Source: Candidatus Melainabacteria bacterium 17Bon1m
Lineage (GTDB): Bacteria > Cyanobacteriota > Vampirovibrionia > Obscuribacterales > Obscuribacteraceae
DNA: 64,000 nucleotides
Direction of reading: 5' to 3'
Assembly: GCA_032128875.1 (NCBI GenBank)
Contig: JAVLKG010000001.1
Location: forward strand, 64,001-128,000
Positions within the stretch are counted from its first letter, which is position 1. The number at the start of each line of letters is the position of its first letter. The notes beneath the pieces were generated by a model that ran no database searches, was not told where the DNA came from, and worked only from the letters and a program-made list of their open reading frames with translations. Made by a program: the position numbers and the translations under genes. Below, piece by piece: positions 49,162-58,268 of this stretch.

Positions 49162-50331
49162 TTGCAGAAATTTGCGGAGCTTGGCTTGTCCAAGCCGGTT
49201 TTGGCTGCCCTGCAGGACGCAGGAATTAGCGAACCAACAACAATTCAAAGACGAACTATCGGCGTAATTCTGGACGGACACAATCTGCTTGCCTCTGCCG
49301 AAACAGGCTCTGGTAAGACCGCAGCGTTCGGGCTGCCGATTGTTGAGTGCTTGCAAGAACCAAGTGATAAGCCCCGGGCGCTAGTCTTAGTCCCGACGCG
49401 CGAACTGGCTGTGCAAGTAAGCTCACAGTTCAAACTATTCAGCAAGAATTTGAAATTAAAAGTAGTCACCTTATATGGTGGCGCAGGTATGGATCAGCAG
49501 TTGCGTTCGCTGCGTGGAAATGTCGACATTATTGTTGCAACCCCGGGCAGACTCAACGATTACCTCGAGCGCAAAGCTGTCGACTTGAGCAAAGTTGAAA
49601 TGTTGGTGCTCGATGAAGCCGACCGACTTCTTGATCTTGGTTTTATGCCTCAGGTTCGGCGGATTATTTCCAAGGTGAATAAAGAACGTCAGACTTTGAT
49701 GTTCTCTGCGACTATTGATGATCGTATAGCTAGGCTCAGTAACGAGTTTTCAGAAGACCCTGTGATCGTCAAAGTGAATACAGAACGCGTTGATGCTGCA
49801 ACAGTCGATCAACAGTTCGTTCATGTCACTGAGTTCAATAAAGACGCTCTACTGCTGAAACTGCTCAGCGATTTCGGCGCTGAAGCCGTGCTTGTATTTA
49901 CTCGCACTAAGCGCAAAGCCGGCTGGGTCAGCGATCGTTTGCAAGACGCAAAAGTCATTGCGGAAGAAATTCACGGTGATTTGTCTCAGTCGCAGCGTGA
50001 GCGAGCGCTGAAAAAATTTCGAACCGGTGAGATCGCAGTGCTTGTTGCTACCGATGTAGCCGCACGCGGACTGGACATTCCGACTATCAGTCACGTGGTC
50101 AATTATGATCTTCCTGACACACCTGAAGATTACGTCCACAGAATCGGACGTACCGGTCGCGCCGGCAAGTCTGGAACAGCTGTTTCCTTTATCTCGGAAG
50201 AGCAGCGTCACCTGGTGCGAGACATTGAGAAGGTGGTCGGAAGACAGTTTGAGTCGACCGGAACAAACGGTGCTCAACCGGAAGTGCGTAAAGTCCTTCC
50301 AGCACGCCGATTCCGCCGCGGACGCAGATAA
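49162..50331 (+). CDS. DEAD-box ATP-dependent RNA helicase
   Basis: Q motif, ETGSGKT, PTRELA, TPGRL, DEAD, SAT, ARGLD, HRIGRTGRAG. TTG start. Confidence 0.95.
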   Translation: MQKFAELGLSKPVLAALQDAGISEPTTIQRRTIGVILDGHNLLASAETGSGKTAAFGLPIVECLQEPSDKPRALVLVPTRELAVQVSSQFKLFSKNLKLKVVTLYGGAGMDQQLRSLRGNVDIIVATPGRLNDYLERKAVDLSKVEMLVLDEADRLLDLGFMPQVRRIISKVNKERQTLMFSATIDDRIARLSNEFSEDPVIVKVNTERVDAATVDQQFVHVTEFNKDALLLKLLSDFGAEAVLVFTRTKRKAGWVSDRLQDAKVIAEEIHGDLSQSQRERALKKFRTGEIAVLVATDVAARGLDIPTISHVVNYDLPDTPEDYVHRIGRTGRAGKSGTAVSFISEEQRHLVRDIEKVVGRQFESTGTNGAQPEVRKVLPARRFRRGRR

Positions 50332-50343
50332 TCTGGCTTTTCG

Positions 50344-51288
50344 TCATTTAACGGCTGCAGGTGCAGGCGCTGCGGATGCGCGTCTTTGCTCGTAAGCTTT
50401 TACATTGCAATACGCGATTTCCAGAATTGGAACCGTCACATTTTTCTCTTTCGCTTTGTCTATCAAATCGCCAATGATTTGATCGGCTTCTACGTTGTTG
50501 CCGCGTTCAACATCTCTGCACATTGATGCCGCAAGCGTCGACGCCGGGTCGGACAATCTTCCGCACATATTTTTGACGAAGCTATCCGGTGGATTGCATC
50601 CGTGTGCGCGCGCAACACTTACGCACTCTTCAAACAGTTTTGTAGCAATCTCTGGTCCGCCGGGTGAGCGAGCAACCTCACCAACATTGGCTCTCATCAG
50701 CGTTGTCAGCGCTGCAAGCGATGAAATCATTACCCACTTTTCCCAAATGTCGGCGATTATTGTCTCGCTTGCTTTCGATGTACAGTTTGCCGGCTCGAAC
50801 ATCTTTTCTATTGCACTAATGCGCTCGCTTGGCTTTCCATCGAGTTCTCCGAACTTTATGGTGTGCATGTCATTCAAATGCGCAATGTTTCCGTCTGCAT
50901 CCATTGTTGCTGCAATTATGCAAAAACCGCCGATGACGCGCTCTGCACCAAAACGAGATTTGAGTTCTTCAAAATGCCGCATTCCGTTGAGAAGCGGAAG
51001 TATTGCCGTTTTTTCTCCAACTGCCCCGCTAATTGCATCGAGTGCGCTTTGCAGATCATAGGCCTTGCAGGAGAGGATAATGAGGTCGAAAGGCTCCGTC
51101 GCCTTTTCGATGATCTTCAAATCCGTTAAAAGACTATCGCCATATTTGCTCTTAATCGACAATCCGCGCTGGCGTAAATCCTTTGCTCGCTGGGCGCGTA
51201 GAAGGAAAGTCACATCGGCTCCCGTCTCCAGTAGCCTGCCGCCGAAATAGCCGCCTGTTGCGCCAGCTCCCAGTACCAGGGTTCGCAT
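50344..51288 (-). CDS. panE: 2-dehydropantoate 2-reductase
   Basis: VLGAGATGGYFG, CKAYDL, LLNG, WEKW, ASMCRD, VEAD. Start ATG 51288 follows GAGGAG. Confidence 0.9.
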   Translation of the reverse strand: MRTLVLGAGATGGYFGGRLLETGADVTFLLRAQRAKDLRQRGLSIKSKYGDSLLTDLKIIEKATEPFDLIILSCKAYDLQSALDAISGAVGEKTAILPLLNGMRHFEELKSRFGAERVIGGFCIIAATMDADGNIAHLNDMHTIKFGELDGKPSERISAIEKMFEPANCTSKASETIIADIWEKWVMISSLAALTTLMRANVGEVARSPGGPEIATKLFEECVSVARAHGCNPPDSFVKNMCGRLSDPASTLAASMCRDVERGNNVEADQIIGDLIDKAKEKNVTVPILEIAYCNVKAYEQRRASAAPAPAAVK

Positions 51289-51549
51289 ACGTGTCTCCTC
51301 AATCGCCAATCCCACAAGTTTAGTACCCAAACAACAAAAAAGGACGGCTATATACCGCTTGAACGTATTCAATGCCAGAAATTGCGGACCTTTAGGCACT
51401 TTAAGTTTAACGCTGTGGTAACTTTCATGTTTATGCTCTATAAAGTAAAGGGATTTCCTTCGGCGACCCGGCGCCCGTGCTTGTCAAATGTCCGAAGCCA
51501 TTTCGGACAACGGTGACAGAGAGTTTCTTCGTGGAATCGTGGGTAACCA

Positions 51550-52632
51550 ATGAAGTTCTCAGACAATCTTTTATCAACCAGCACATACTTCAAACTTTTA
51601 GCCGAGTCTATTCCGAATTTCGTCTGGACAGCGGATTCTTCCGGCTACTGCGACTACTTCAATCAGCGCTGGTACAACTACACTGGCTGCAACGAGAGTG
51701 AGTCAACAGGCTGGGAGTGGCAAAAATGTATTCACGAAGACGACTTGCAACGTTGTCTGATGCGCTGGAAAGCAGCCATCGCCTCCGGCGAGGGGTATGA
51801 GACCGAGTACCGAATCCGGCGTCACGACGGTATTTACCGCTGGCACATCGGGCGAGCTCTGCCTGTCAAAGATGCAGAAGGCAATATAGTGAAGTGGTTT
51901 GGCACTTGCACAGACGTGCATACGCAAAAAACTCTCCTTGAAGAGCGCGAGACATTTGCTGCTGCGATAACGCATGATCTGAAATCACCGCTTGTTGGTT
52001 CCAATTTGATCTTGGAAGTTTTGCTTTCCGAGAAGATTGGAGGACTCAATGAGAAGCAGCTCGATTTGATTTCGCAGATTCTGGCGAGCAATCGAAATAT
52101 TCTCTCTCTCTTGCAATCACTTCTTGAATTTTATCGAGAAGATCAAAACTTGCAGAGTCTCTATATCGAGAGCTTGGATCTTGGAACCCTCGTTACAGAT
52201 TGTGTTAGCGATATTCAAGTGCAGGCTGAATCTCGCAATATAAAGCTCAGCGTAGAAAGCCTCGCTGAGCCTTGTACTGTCTCAATTGATGGTCTTGCAA
52301 TCAGGCGTGTTTTGCAGAACCTGTTAGACAATGCAATCAAGTTCACCGCAGATGGTGGCGAAATTAAGGTGCATTTGTCGTCCGACGCGCAATTTTTCAA
52401 GCTGGTAGTGGAGGATTTTGGTGCGGGCATTGAGAAAGATGTGCAATCCACACTCTTTCAGCCTTTCACGCAAGGTCCAACGGGGCGACGGTATACCCTT
52501 GGCTCGGGGCTTGGACTCTACTTGTGTAGGCAAATTGTCGAGGCTCATCAAGGCCGCATTACATGCGAAAGTGAGTTGGGAGTTGGTTCTAAGTTTATCG
52601 TTCTCTTGCCCTGCACGAAAAACGGTGTATAG
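51550..52632 (+). CDS. PAS-domain histidine kinase
   Basis: PAS_3-like YFNQRWYNYTG...IHEDD...YRWH...KWFGT, THDLKSPL, NLLDNAIKF, GSGLGL. Confidence 0.92.
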   Translation: MKFSDNLLSTSTYFKLLAESIPNFVWTADSSGYCDYFNQRWYNYTGCNESESTGWEWQKCIHEDDLQRCLMRWKAAIASGEGYETEYRIRRHDGIYRWHIGRALPVKDAEGNIVKWFGTCTDVHTQKTLLEERETFAAAITHDLKSPLVGSNLILEVLLSEKIGGLNEKQLDLISQILASNRNILSLLQSLLEFYREDQNLQSLYIESLDLGTLVTDCVSDIQVQAESRNIKLSVESLAEPCTVSIDGLAIRRVLQNLLDNAIKFTADGGEIKVHLSSDAQFFKLVVEDFGAGIEKDVQSTLFQPFTQGPTGRRYTLGSGLGLYLCRQIVEAHQGRITCESELGVGSKFIVLLPCTKNGV

Positions 52633-52848
52633 ATTGTGACATTGAGACCTTATCTCTGTGCGGGATTCGCATTTTGAAAGGTAGAAGAAAAACTCGTGAT
52701 TTACACTGAAATTAGGCCGCAAGAAATTACCGCGTTATTCGAAGATGCTACCGCGTGAGCGTTTCGGGTGAGGTTAGTTTTTAGTTTCAAGCGTATAGTA
52801 GAGATAGCGGCAACTTTTGGGCAAGGTTTGTCCGCTTGAGGTATCCGT

Positions 52849-53217
52849 ATGGACAATGAGGAATCTCTCGCTGTAGAGATATCGCCAGAGGCGCAGAAGT
52901 TTCTGCGAAATCATATTCAGTCAGTCTGGCAACTTGAACTCATTCTCTTCATGAAAGAGAAGGGCAATGCTTTGTCCGTCACTGAGATTGCATCGAAGCT
53001 GTATTCGAATCCTCGTGTAATCGAAACCGCGCTTACGGATTTCGTTCGCGGTGGGATCATAAAAGAGAAAGAAAGCCAAAATGTCTACGCGTTCGATCCT
53101 GATTCTGTCGAAATGACGAATGCCATAGAACAAGCGGGAAAAGCGTACGCAAACAAAAGGCTGTCAGTTATCAACTTCATTTTTTCAAAAACTGACGGCG
53201 ATAAAAAACGCGCATGA
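52849..53217 (+). CDS. Hypothetical winged-helix-like protein
   Basis: FLRNHIQSVWQLELI...EIASKLYS...LTDFVRGGII. GAGG RBS. Confidence 0.7.
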   Translation: MDNEESLAVEISPEAQKFLRNHIQSVWQLELILFMKEKGNALSVTEIASKLYSNPRVIETALTDFVRGGIIKEKESQNVYAFDPDSVEMTNAIEQAGKAYANKRLSVINFIFSKTDGDKKRA

Positions 53218-53257
53218 CTACGTACATGGCGCTATTGAAGTGCCTGTTATTTGTCTG

Positions 53258-54025
53258 CTATTTGCCTGTTTTGTGAAACTCTAAATAGTATTGATATGGA
53301 AGAAACTCTTTGTCGTTGGAGAGTGAATAGCCTGACTCCTTAAGTTCTGCGATCACTTCGCTTTTATCTATGCGGTGATCCTTTGGCGGACCTACTGGAG
53401 ATTTTTCCGTGAAGTCTATGATAACGAGTCTGCCATCAGGTGTCAGCGATGACTGCAAGTCTTTGAAATATTGAACACGATCGTCGATGTGGTGGAACGT
53501 GTCGACTATCAACACGAGATTCACTTTCTCAGGTAATTCAGGCTTTGATGTTTTGATTTCGAACGGAACTACATTCTTGGTGTGTTGTCTCTTCGCTTCT
53601 TCAGCCAGAAATGTAAGCATATCTTTCTCGACGTCAGCCGCGTAGATTTTTGATTCTGGTTGCGCCTTTGCGATGCGGAAAGAGAAGTAGCCTGTTCCTG
53701 CTCCTATGTCTGCGACGATGTCTTTTGGCTGAACGTGCAAAGCTTCAACAACTTGGCTCGGCATCTGCCACTTGTCGCGCGCGGGATCATCGAATACTTT
53801 TACCCAGCGTTTTGCATCTTTGAATTCGCGATGGTATCCAGCCTCGTGCCCCTTCTTGTGATGCACGTGTTCTTTTTTTTCTTCCGGTGTTTTTTCTTTT
53901 AGATTTTCTGCTGCCGCCTCTGCTGCCGGCGCGCTATCGTGCGCTTGTGTTTCTTGCGCACCAAAACCAAATGAGGCAGAAATCGTTAGTGCCAATATGA
54001 GACTAAAAGGTTGAACTGATTTCAC
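53258..54025 (-). CDS. Exported class I SAM-dependent methyltransferase
   Basis: Signal peptide, His-rich stretch, RDKWQ.P, VADIGAGTGYF, FHHIDDR, LPYQY. Confidence 0.88.
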   Translation of the reverse strand: MKSVQPFSLILALTISASFGFGAQETQAHDSAPAAEAAAENLKEKTPEEKKEHVHHKKGHEAGYHREFKDAKRWVKVFDDPARDKWQMPSQVVEALHVQPKDIVADIGAGTGYFSFRIAKAQPESKIYAADVEKDMLTFLAEEAKRQHTKNVVPFEIKTSKPELPEKVNLVLIVDTFHHIDDRVQYFKDLQSSLTPDGRLVIIDFTEKSPVGPPKDHRIDKSEVIAELKESGYSLSNDKEFLPYQYYLEFHKTGK

Positions 54026-54247
54026 CGTTTAACGCACCATTCCTTTTCAAAACTTTGGTCCTATTGTAAGCGAATAAAGTTGTACGCGACTAGCGGCACC
54101 AGGTAGGAGTTCTGATTCTGAGAAGCGCCAAGCGGTTGGATTTCATTTGCGTCTCGGCTTGACTTCCATTAGAATGCGATTCTGTCGTTTCGCCAACCTG
54201 ATATGATGGTTTAACGACATCTCTCCCTTCATTGAGAGGATAGGACA

Positions 54248-54487
54248 ATGCAATACTTTAGAGCACAAACTAACTCCTTTTGAATCGTCCAGCAAGCGAA
54301 GACGCGGGTTCCCGTCTGAGTCACGGGTTAAGCGTGGACGACGTATTGTTCATGGTGATAAAGAACTTGTAGAGAAACTCGGTCGCAAGGACTTGTGTCC
54401 GTGCGGCTCAGGACGCCGGTTTCAAAGGCTGCTGCATGACTAGCGGCCGCTTTTGACGGCATCAATCGAGATCACTACTTTAGATAA
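54248..54487 (+). CDS. Small basic SEC-C metal-binding protein, about 78 aa, readable only via three +1 frameshifts
   Basis: RBS GAGAGGA/AGGA, ATG 54248. Joined product [78 protein letters not shown]. Shift sites 54278 (TTT TGA), 54420 (TTT CAA) and 54451 (TTT TGA). Confidence 0.75.
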
Positions 54488-54503
54488 TCGCGTTCAGCGA
54501 AGC

Positions 54504-54527
54504 GTAGGGGCGGCATAAATGCCGCCC
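54504..54527 (+). repeat. GTAG-type REP-like hairpin
   Basis: GTAG-GGGCGGCAT-AA-ATGCCGCCC, flanked by GCGAAGCG on both sides. Confidence 0.6.
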
Positions 54528-54585
54528 AGCTTTGCGAAGCGAAACTTTTTGAATCCCAACATTCGTTTTGTCAAAGGAGACAAAC

Positions 54586-56169
54586 ATGATTCCACATGCG
54601 GAAATAAGAGCGAAGCATGATCGCTCATGGTCCTTTAGGTTGTTGGACGCCCTCCTTCACAGTCGACCGGAAGAAGACATCGGAGAAATTATTGAAACAA
54701 TTGCCGCGCTAGACGATCCACGGCTGGTGCCGCCTATGGTGCGTCTTTTGGAGGATGCTTCACAGCCCGCGCATCTAAGAGAATTTGTCAGCGAAGTCCT
54801 TGGGCAAATGTGCACAGGATGTTCAGAAGCAGATAGGCGCAGATGGTGGAGTTCAGGAGATCGGATTTTGCGCAGGCATGCGATTATTGAAGCTCGCACC
54901 TCTGAAGCTGACATTCTCATTCCGATAGCAAGAGATCCCAGTCATGAATTCCATCTTGATGCAATCAATAGTTTACTGTTTGGATTTGAAGAACCGGAGC
55001 AGCAGCGACTTTCTATCCAGGCACTTTCTCATCCGAATCCCGGAGTACGTATGGCAGCAGCGAACAACCTCAAATGGGAAGAACCATTTGAAGCAGAAAG
55101 TGCACTTCTCGAAGCTATTTCTGACCCAGTGTTTGACGTGGCCGATCGAGCTCTGACTACCATCTCATGGTTTCGCAGTCAGAAAGTTTTGACAGGCTTG
55201 GCGGAGCTGCGGTACTGCGCAGCTGAGGACTTTCGCGAGGAGGTAGAGGGAGTTTTTGAATGCCATAAGCAGGAATTCGAAGACGCCCTGAGCGACCTTG
55301 AAGGAGAGTCCAAAGAGTTTTTTCTGACTTGGTTAAAGCCAATAGAAAATCTAGTTTCGCTTGAGTGTCCGCGAGTCAGCGAGCAATCTGTTGAGGAATT
55401 GTCCCAACTATCTACAGAGCCTTTACCGAAGGCAAATGCTCCTGAAATTCAACGACTTAGGTCTTCCGCATTGGAGATTATGCGCTTCTATGATGATGCG
55501 GATGGCTGCTGGATTGAAAAGCAATCTTGGAATTCACCTTTTAACTGGGAAGAAGTGGGTGTTTTTGACCGACAACGACTCGCTAGATACTTCCTAAATC
55601 ATACCGATCATCTCGTTAGAGAAATGGCTTGTACACCTCTATCTCTCTGGAATTTCGGTGAAGATCTTGAAGCCTTGCTCGAAGATAGATGCGGTGGAGT
55701 AAGAAAGGCGGCTGCGTTTGCGATGCGAAGAGTAACCCCAAGTCGCTTGATTGCACTTAGTCTCTGGAATCTCTATCAGAATGTAAACAGCACAGGCTAT
55801 TGCGCAACCGAAACGCTTGAATCCTACGTCGTACATGCGCCAGCCATAGGTTTAGAAGATACCTTGTTTGAAATTGCTCAAAGCGACAGACGGCAGAACA
55901 GAAGGTCTTCGGCAATTGCCCTGTTGTGCACTCTTTATGCTGATGTGCATTTGATAAAATTGCTTGGGCTGCTCGGCGAGCCGCCGTTGCTTACTTGGGC
56001 GATTCACGCGCAACTGATTGACTATTGCGCAGAAAAACGAATCTCTACGCCTTTCTTTGCTGACCTCTCGCAAGTTGATGATCTGAATTTGCAGCGGTCG
56101 CTAGCTGGGGCTGTTCCCCATCTCCAGCCCGTTATTCTCAAGGGGGTATCATATGCAGCGAAAACCTGA
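54586..56169 (+). CDS. HEAT-repeat protein of unknown function
   Basis: ALSHPNPGVRMAAANNL, LLEAISDPVFDVADRAL, LLEDRCGGVRKAAAFAM. AAGGAG precedes ATG 54586. Confidence 0.75.
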   Translation: MIPHAEIRAKHDRSWSFRLLDALLHSRPEEDIGEIIETIAALDDPRLVPPMVRLLEDASQPAHLREFVSEVLGQMCTGCSEADRRRWWSSGDRILRRHAIIEARTSEADILIPIARDPSHEFHLDAINSLLFGFEEPEQQRLSIQALSHPNPGVRMAAANNLKWEEPFEAESALLEAISDPVFDVADRALTTISWFRSQKVLTGLAELRYCAAEDFREEVEGVFECHKQEFEDALSDLEGESKEFFLTWLKPIENLVSLECPRVSEQSVEELSQLSTEPLPKANAPEIQRLRSSALEIMRFYDDADGCWIEKQSWNSPFNWEEVGVFDRQRLARYFLNHTDHLVREMACTPLSLWNFGEDLEALLEDRCGGVRKAAAFAMRRVTPSRLIALSLWNLYQNVNSTGYCATETLESYVVHAPAIGLEDTLFEIAQSDRRQNRRSSAIALLCTLYADVHLIKLLGLLGEPPLLTWAIHAQLIDYCAEKRISTPFFADLSQVDDLNLQRSLAGAVPHLQPVILKGVSYAAKT

Positions 56170-56186
56170 ACTCTGAAGGAAGCGCA

Positions 56187-56618
56187 ATGGCAACCGAGAA
56201 AATTGCTGAAGAAACTGCAAAGCAAGTAGCGGACTACATGCTCACGCATGATCGCGCCAGCCGGCATCTCGGCATAAAAATCGAGAGCGTCGACGAAGGT
56301 GTTGCTGTTTTGTCGATGACCGTCCGTGACGATATGCTCAACGGATTGGACATTTTGCATGGCGGCTTCACCTTCTCGCTGGCGGATTCGGCGTTTGCAT
56401 TCGCATGCAATTCTCGAAACAGAAAGACAGTTGCGCTTAACTGCACGATCAATTTTGTTGCCGCCGCAAAGGTTGGCGATGTCTTGACTGCGACTGCCCG
56501 CGAAGTATCGCTGAGCGGCAGAACCGGTGTTTATGATGTTTCTGTGAAAAACCAGAATGGGGAAATTGTCGCCGAGTTTCGTGGGACATCATATGGCACA
56601 AGCTCGAACGTGATTTAA
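56187..56618 (+). CDS. paaI: PaaI hotdog-fold acyl-CoA thioesterase
   Basis: DRASRHLGI, DMLNG..ILHGGFTFSLADSAFAFACNS, RTGVYDV, AEFRG. Confidence 0.9.
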   Translation: MATEKIAEETAKQVADYMLTHDRASRHLGIKIESVDEGVAVLSMTVRDDMLNGLDILHGGFTFSLADSAFAFACNSRNRKTVALNCTINFVAAAKVGDVLTATAREVSLSGRTGVYDVSVKNQNGEIVAEFRGTSYGTSSNVI

Positions 56619-56755
56619 GCGTTCTTCTGCCAAGTGCTTCTTACATATATAGGATGCAGGCAACTTTCAAAAATAAATTCCTAGACTAGGCTTCTTCGGC
56701 ATAAAAATGCTCGGATGACACGCCTGGTGGGCCGTTTTGGCTTGTTTTTGGTTGA

Positions 56756-56883
56756 AATTGGACTGTGTAGTCTAATTGGCTGTGGTGTTTCGAGTTGGAC
56801 TAAAAGCCTTGCTGGTGCGTCGATGGCGGTCGTTTTGGCGCTTGCGAAATTAGGAGTTGACAAACTAGACTGGACTGGCTAGT
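56756..56883. promoter_or_regulatory. Promoter with two TetR-type operators (TAGAC-N6-GTCTA consensus)
   Basis: TGGAC-TGTGTA-GTCTA at 56759-56774, TTGACA at 56857-56862, TAGAC-TGGACT-GGCTA at 56866-56881. Confidence 0.6.
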
Positions 56884-56913
56884 ATGAATGTATGCACCGG
56901 CGAGGTAATACCG

Positions 56914-57246
56914 ATGAACCAGACAGTACTCGACCCAGCCCACCAACAATCTGTTTGCCAGCAATCCAGCCCACGTTCATCGGTATCCTCGTGCGAGGCA
57001 CCTCCATCTTCCCAGAGATGCAGCTCAGCTACCCAGGCTAAAAAGACGTGTTCTAGTTCTTATTACACTCTTTCGTTTCTAATTCCATTTACTGCAGTCA
57101 CTTCGTACTATGCAATCGATTGCAACAACTGTATGGGTGTAGCGGTGCTGACCGGAGCCCTTGCCGGTGGCTGTGGTTATACCATCTACAAATTGACCAA
57201 ATTGGTCAGGCACTCACGTTTCTCAGGACATTCGCACAGCAGCTAG
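56914..57246 (+). CDS. Small Ser/Cys-rich membrane protein of unknown function
   Basis: GAGG precedes ATG 56914 (the track starts at 56884). Two hydrophobic segments joined by DCNNC. Confidence 0.55.
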   Translation: MNQTVLDPAHQQSVCQQSSPRSSVSSCEAPPSSQRCSSATQAKKTCSSSYYTLSFLIPFTAVTSYYAIDCNNCMGVAVLTGALAGGCGYTIYKLTKLVRHSRFSGHSHSS

Positions 57247-57384
57247 ACAGAACAGTCTCCATGAGACAGCAGGTAGGCCAGTGGGTTCGCAGGGGTGCAA
57301 CGCACTGGTCTATTTGTCTCAAGGATTCTGCAGAGAGTAAGTTGTGGTGTGAAGTCTGTAAGTAAAAGTTGATCGATGCGACAG

Positions 57385-57420
57385 CAAGTTCGTGGTGACG
57401 ACCGCGAACTTGTTTTGTTT
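57385..57420 (+). terminator. Rho-independent terminator
   Basis: CAAGTTCGTGGT-GACG-ACCGCGAACTTG followed by TTTTGTTT. Confidence 0.75.
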
Positions 57421-57503
57421 GTGAGTGCAACTGGAATCGGCGCGCATCGTTGAGACGCACAACGCTGCTGAGTTATTTTTGCTCCGCGTTTTTGCTTGAA
57501 AAA

Positions 57504-58163
57504 CTAACTCGACTGCTTGCCTTGCTCGCCTGCAAACAAAACCATGTCAACTATTGAATTGATGAGCCTTTCACGCGACATAGGCATCGCATGTTTTCCG
57601 TGCATTACTTCTTGCAAAATCACAAAATTGATTAGCGCGCCATGGATGATTCTTGCAGTTGCCTCTGGATCTGAAAACCTAACTTGCTCATTTGCGCGTA
57701 AATACGCAGCCAATTTCTCGATGCCTGGTTTTACCATGTGCGAAACATAGAGTTCGGACAATTCAGGGAAGCGCCCGGATTCGCCGATGATAAGCCGGAG
57801 AAGGGAAACGTACTCCCAGTCGTCCATGCGAGAAAGTGTTATGTGTGCGATTTTGCGAATGAAACTGCGAGCATCAAGCGCAAGAAGGTCGGCGGTCAAA
57901 CCTGCAGAGACAAAATGATCGAGCAATCGATCGATCAATGCGCTGAATAAACTATGTTTGTCTTTAAAATGGCTATAGACCGTCTGTTTTGCAACGCCTG
58001 CTTCTGCCGCGATTGCGTCCATGCTTGCGGAATAACCTTGAGCAAGAAAAACTCGCAACGCGCCTTCGAGAATTTTCTCTCTCTTTTCTGATAGTCGAGT
58101 TACGTTGTCTTTGCCTTCTTCTGGCGCTCGGCTATTGGAAGTAGGTGCTGGTCGGCTGTTCAA
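57504..58163 (-). CDS. TetR/AcrR family transcriptional regulator
   Basis: KREKILEGALRVF..GY..SMDAIAAEAGVAKQTVYSHFKDK, RLIIGESGRFPEL. Confidence 0.93.
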   Translation of the reverse strand: MNSRPAPTSNSRAPEEGKDNVTRLSEKREKILEGALRVFLAQGYSASMDAIAAEAGVAKQTVYSHFKDKHSLFSALIDRLLDHFVSAGLTADLLALDARSFIRKIAHITLSRMDDWEYVSLLRLIIGESGRFPELSELYVSHMVKPGIEKLAAYLRANEQVRFSDPEATARIIHGALINFVILQEVMHGKHAMPMSRERLINSIVDMVLFAGEQGKQSS

Positions 58164-58186
58164 ATCGGCTCCGCATTTTGAGAAGT

Positions 58187-58202
58187 CATACTGACTAGTC
58201 TA
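58187..58202. promoter_or_regulatory. Putative TetR autoregulatory operator
   Basis: CATAC-TGACTA-GTCTA about 25 nt upstream of the TetR start, matching the 56759 and 56866 sites. Confidence 0.5.
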
Positions 58203-58268
58203 GCATTTGCAAATGCAGTTGTGAAGAGCTTTTCGGTTGAATTCAGCTAATGAATTCAACCAGTTGGC

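Noticed and set aside
48714-49356. ORFs 48714-49025 and 49048-49356
   Set aside because: No motifs. They lie in a divergent promoter region or antisense to the helicase.
54281-54456. UGA read-through (selenocysteine or an alternative genetic code) as the explanation of the SEC-C stops
   Set aside because: The SEC-C motif continues only in the +1 frame, so in-frame read-through does not restore it. TGA is a normal stop in many genes here.
57261-57365. 34-aa ORF ending WCEVCK before the terminator
   Set aside because: No clear RBS or recognisable family. It cannot be supported from sequence alone.
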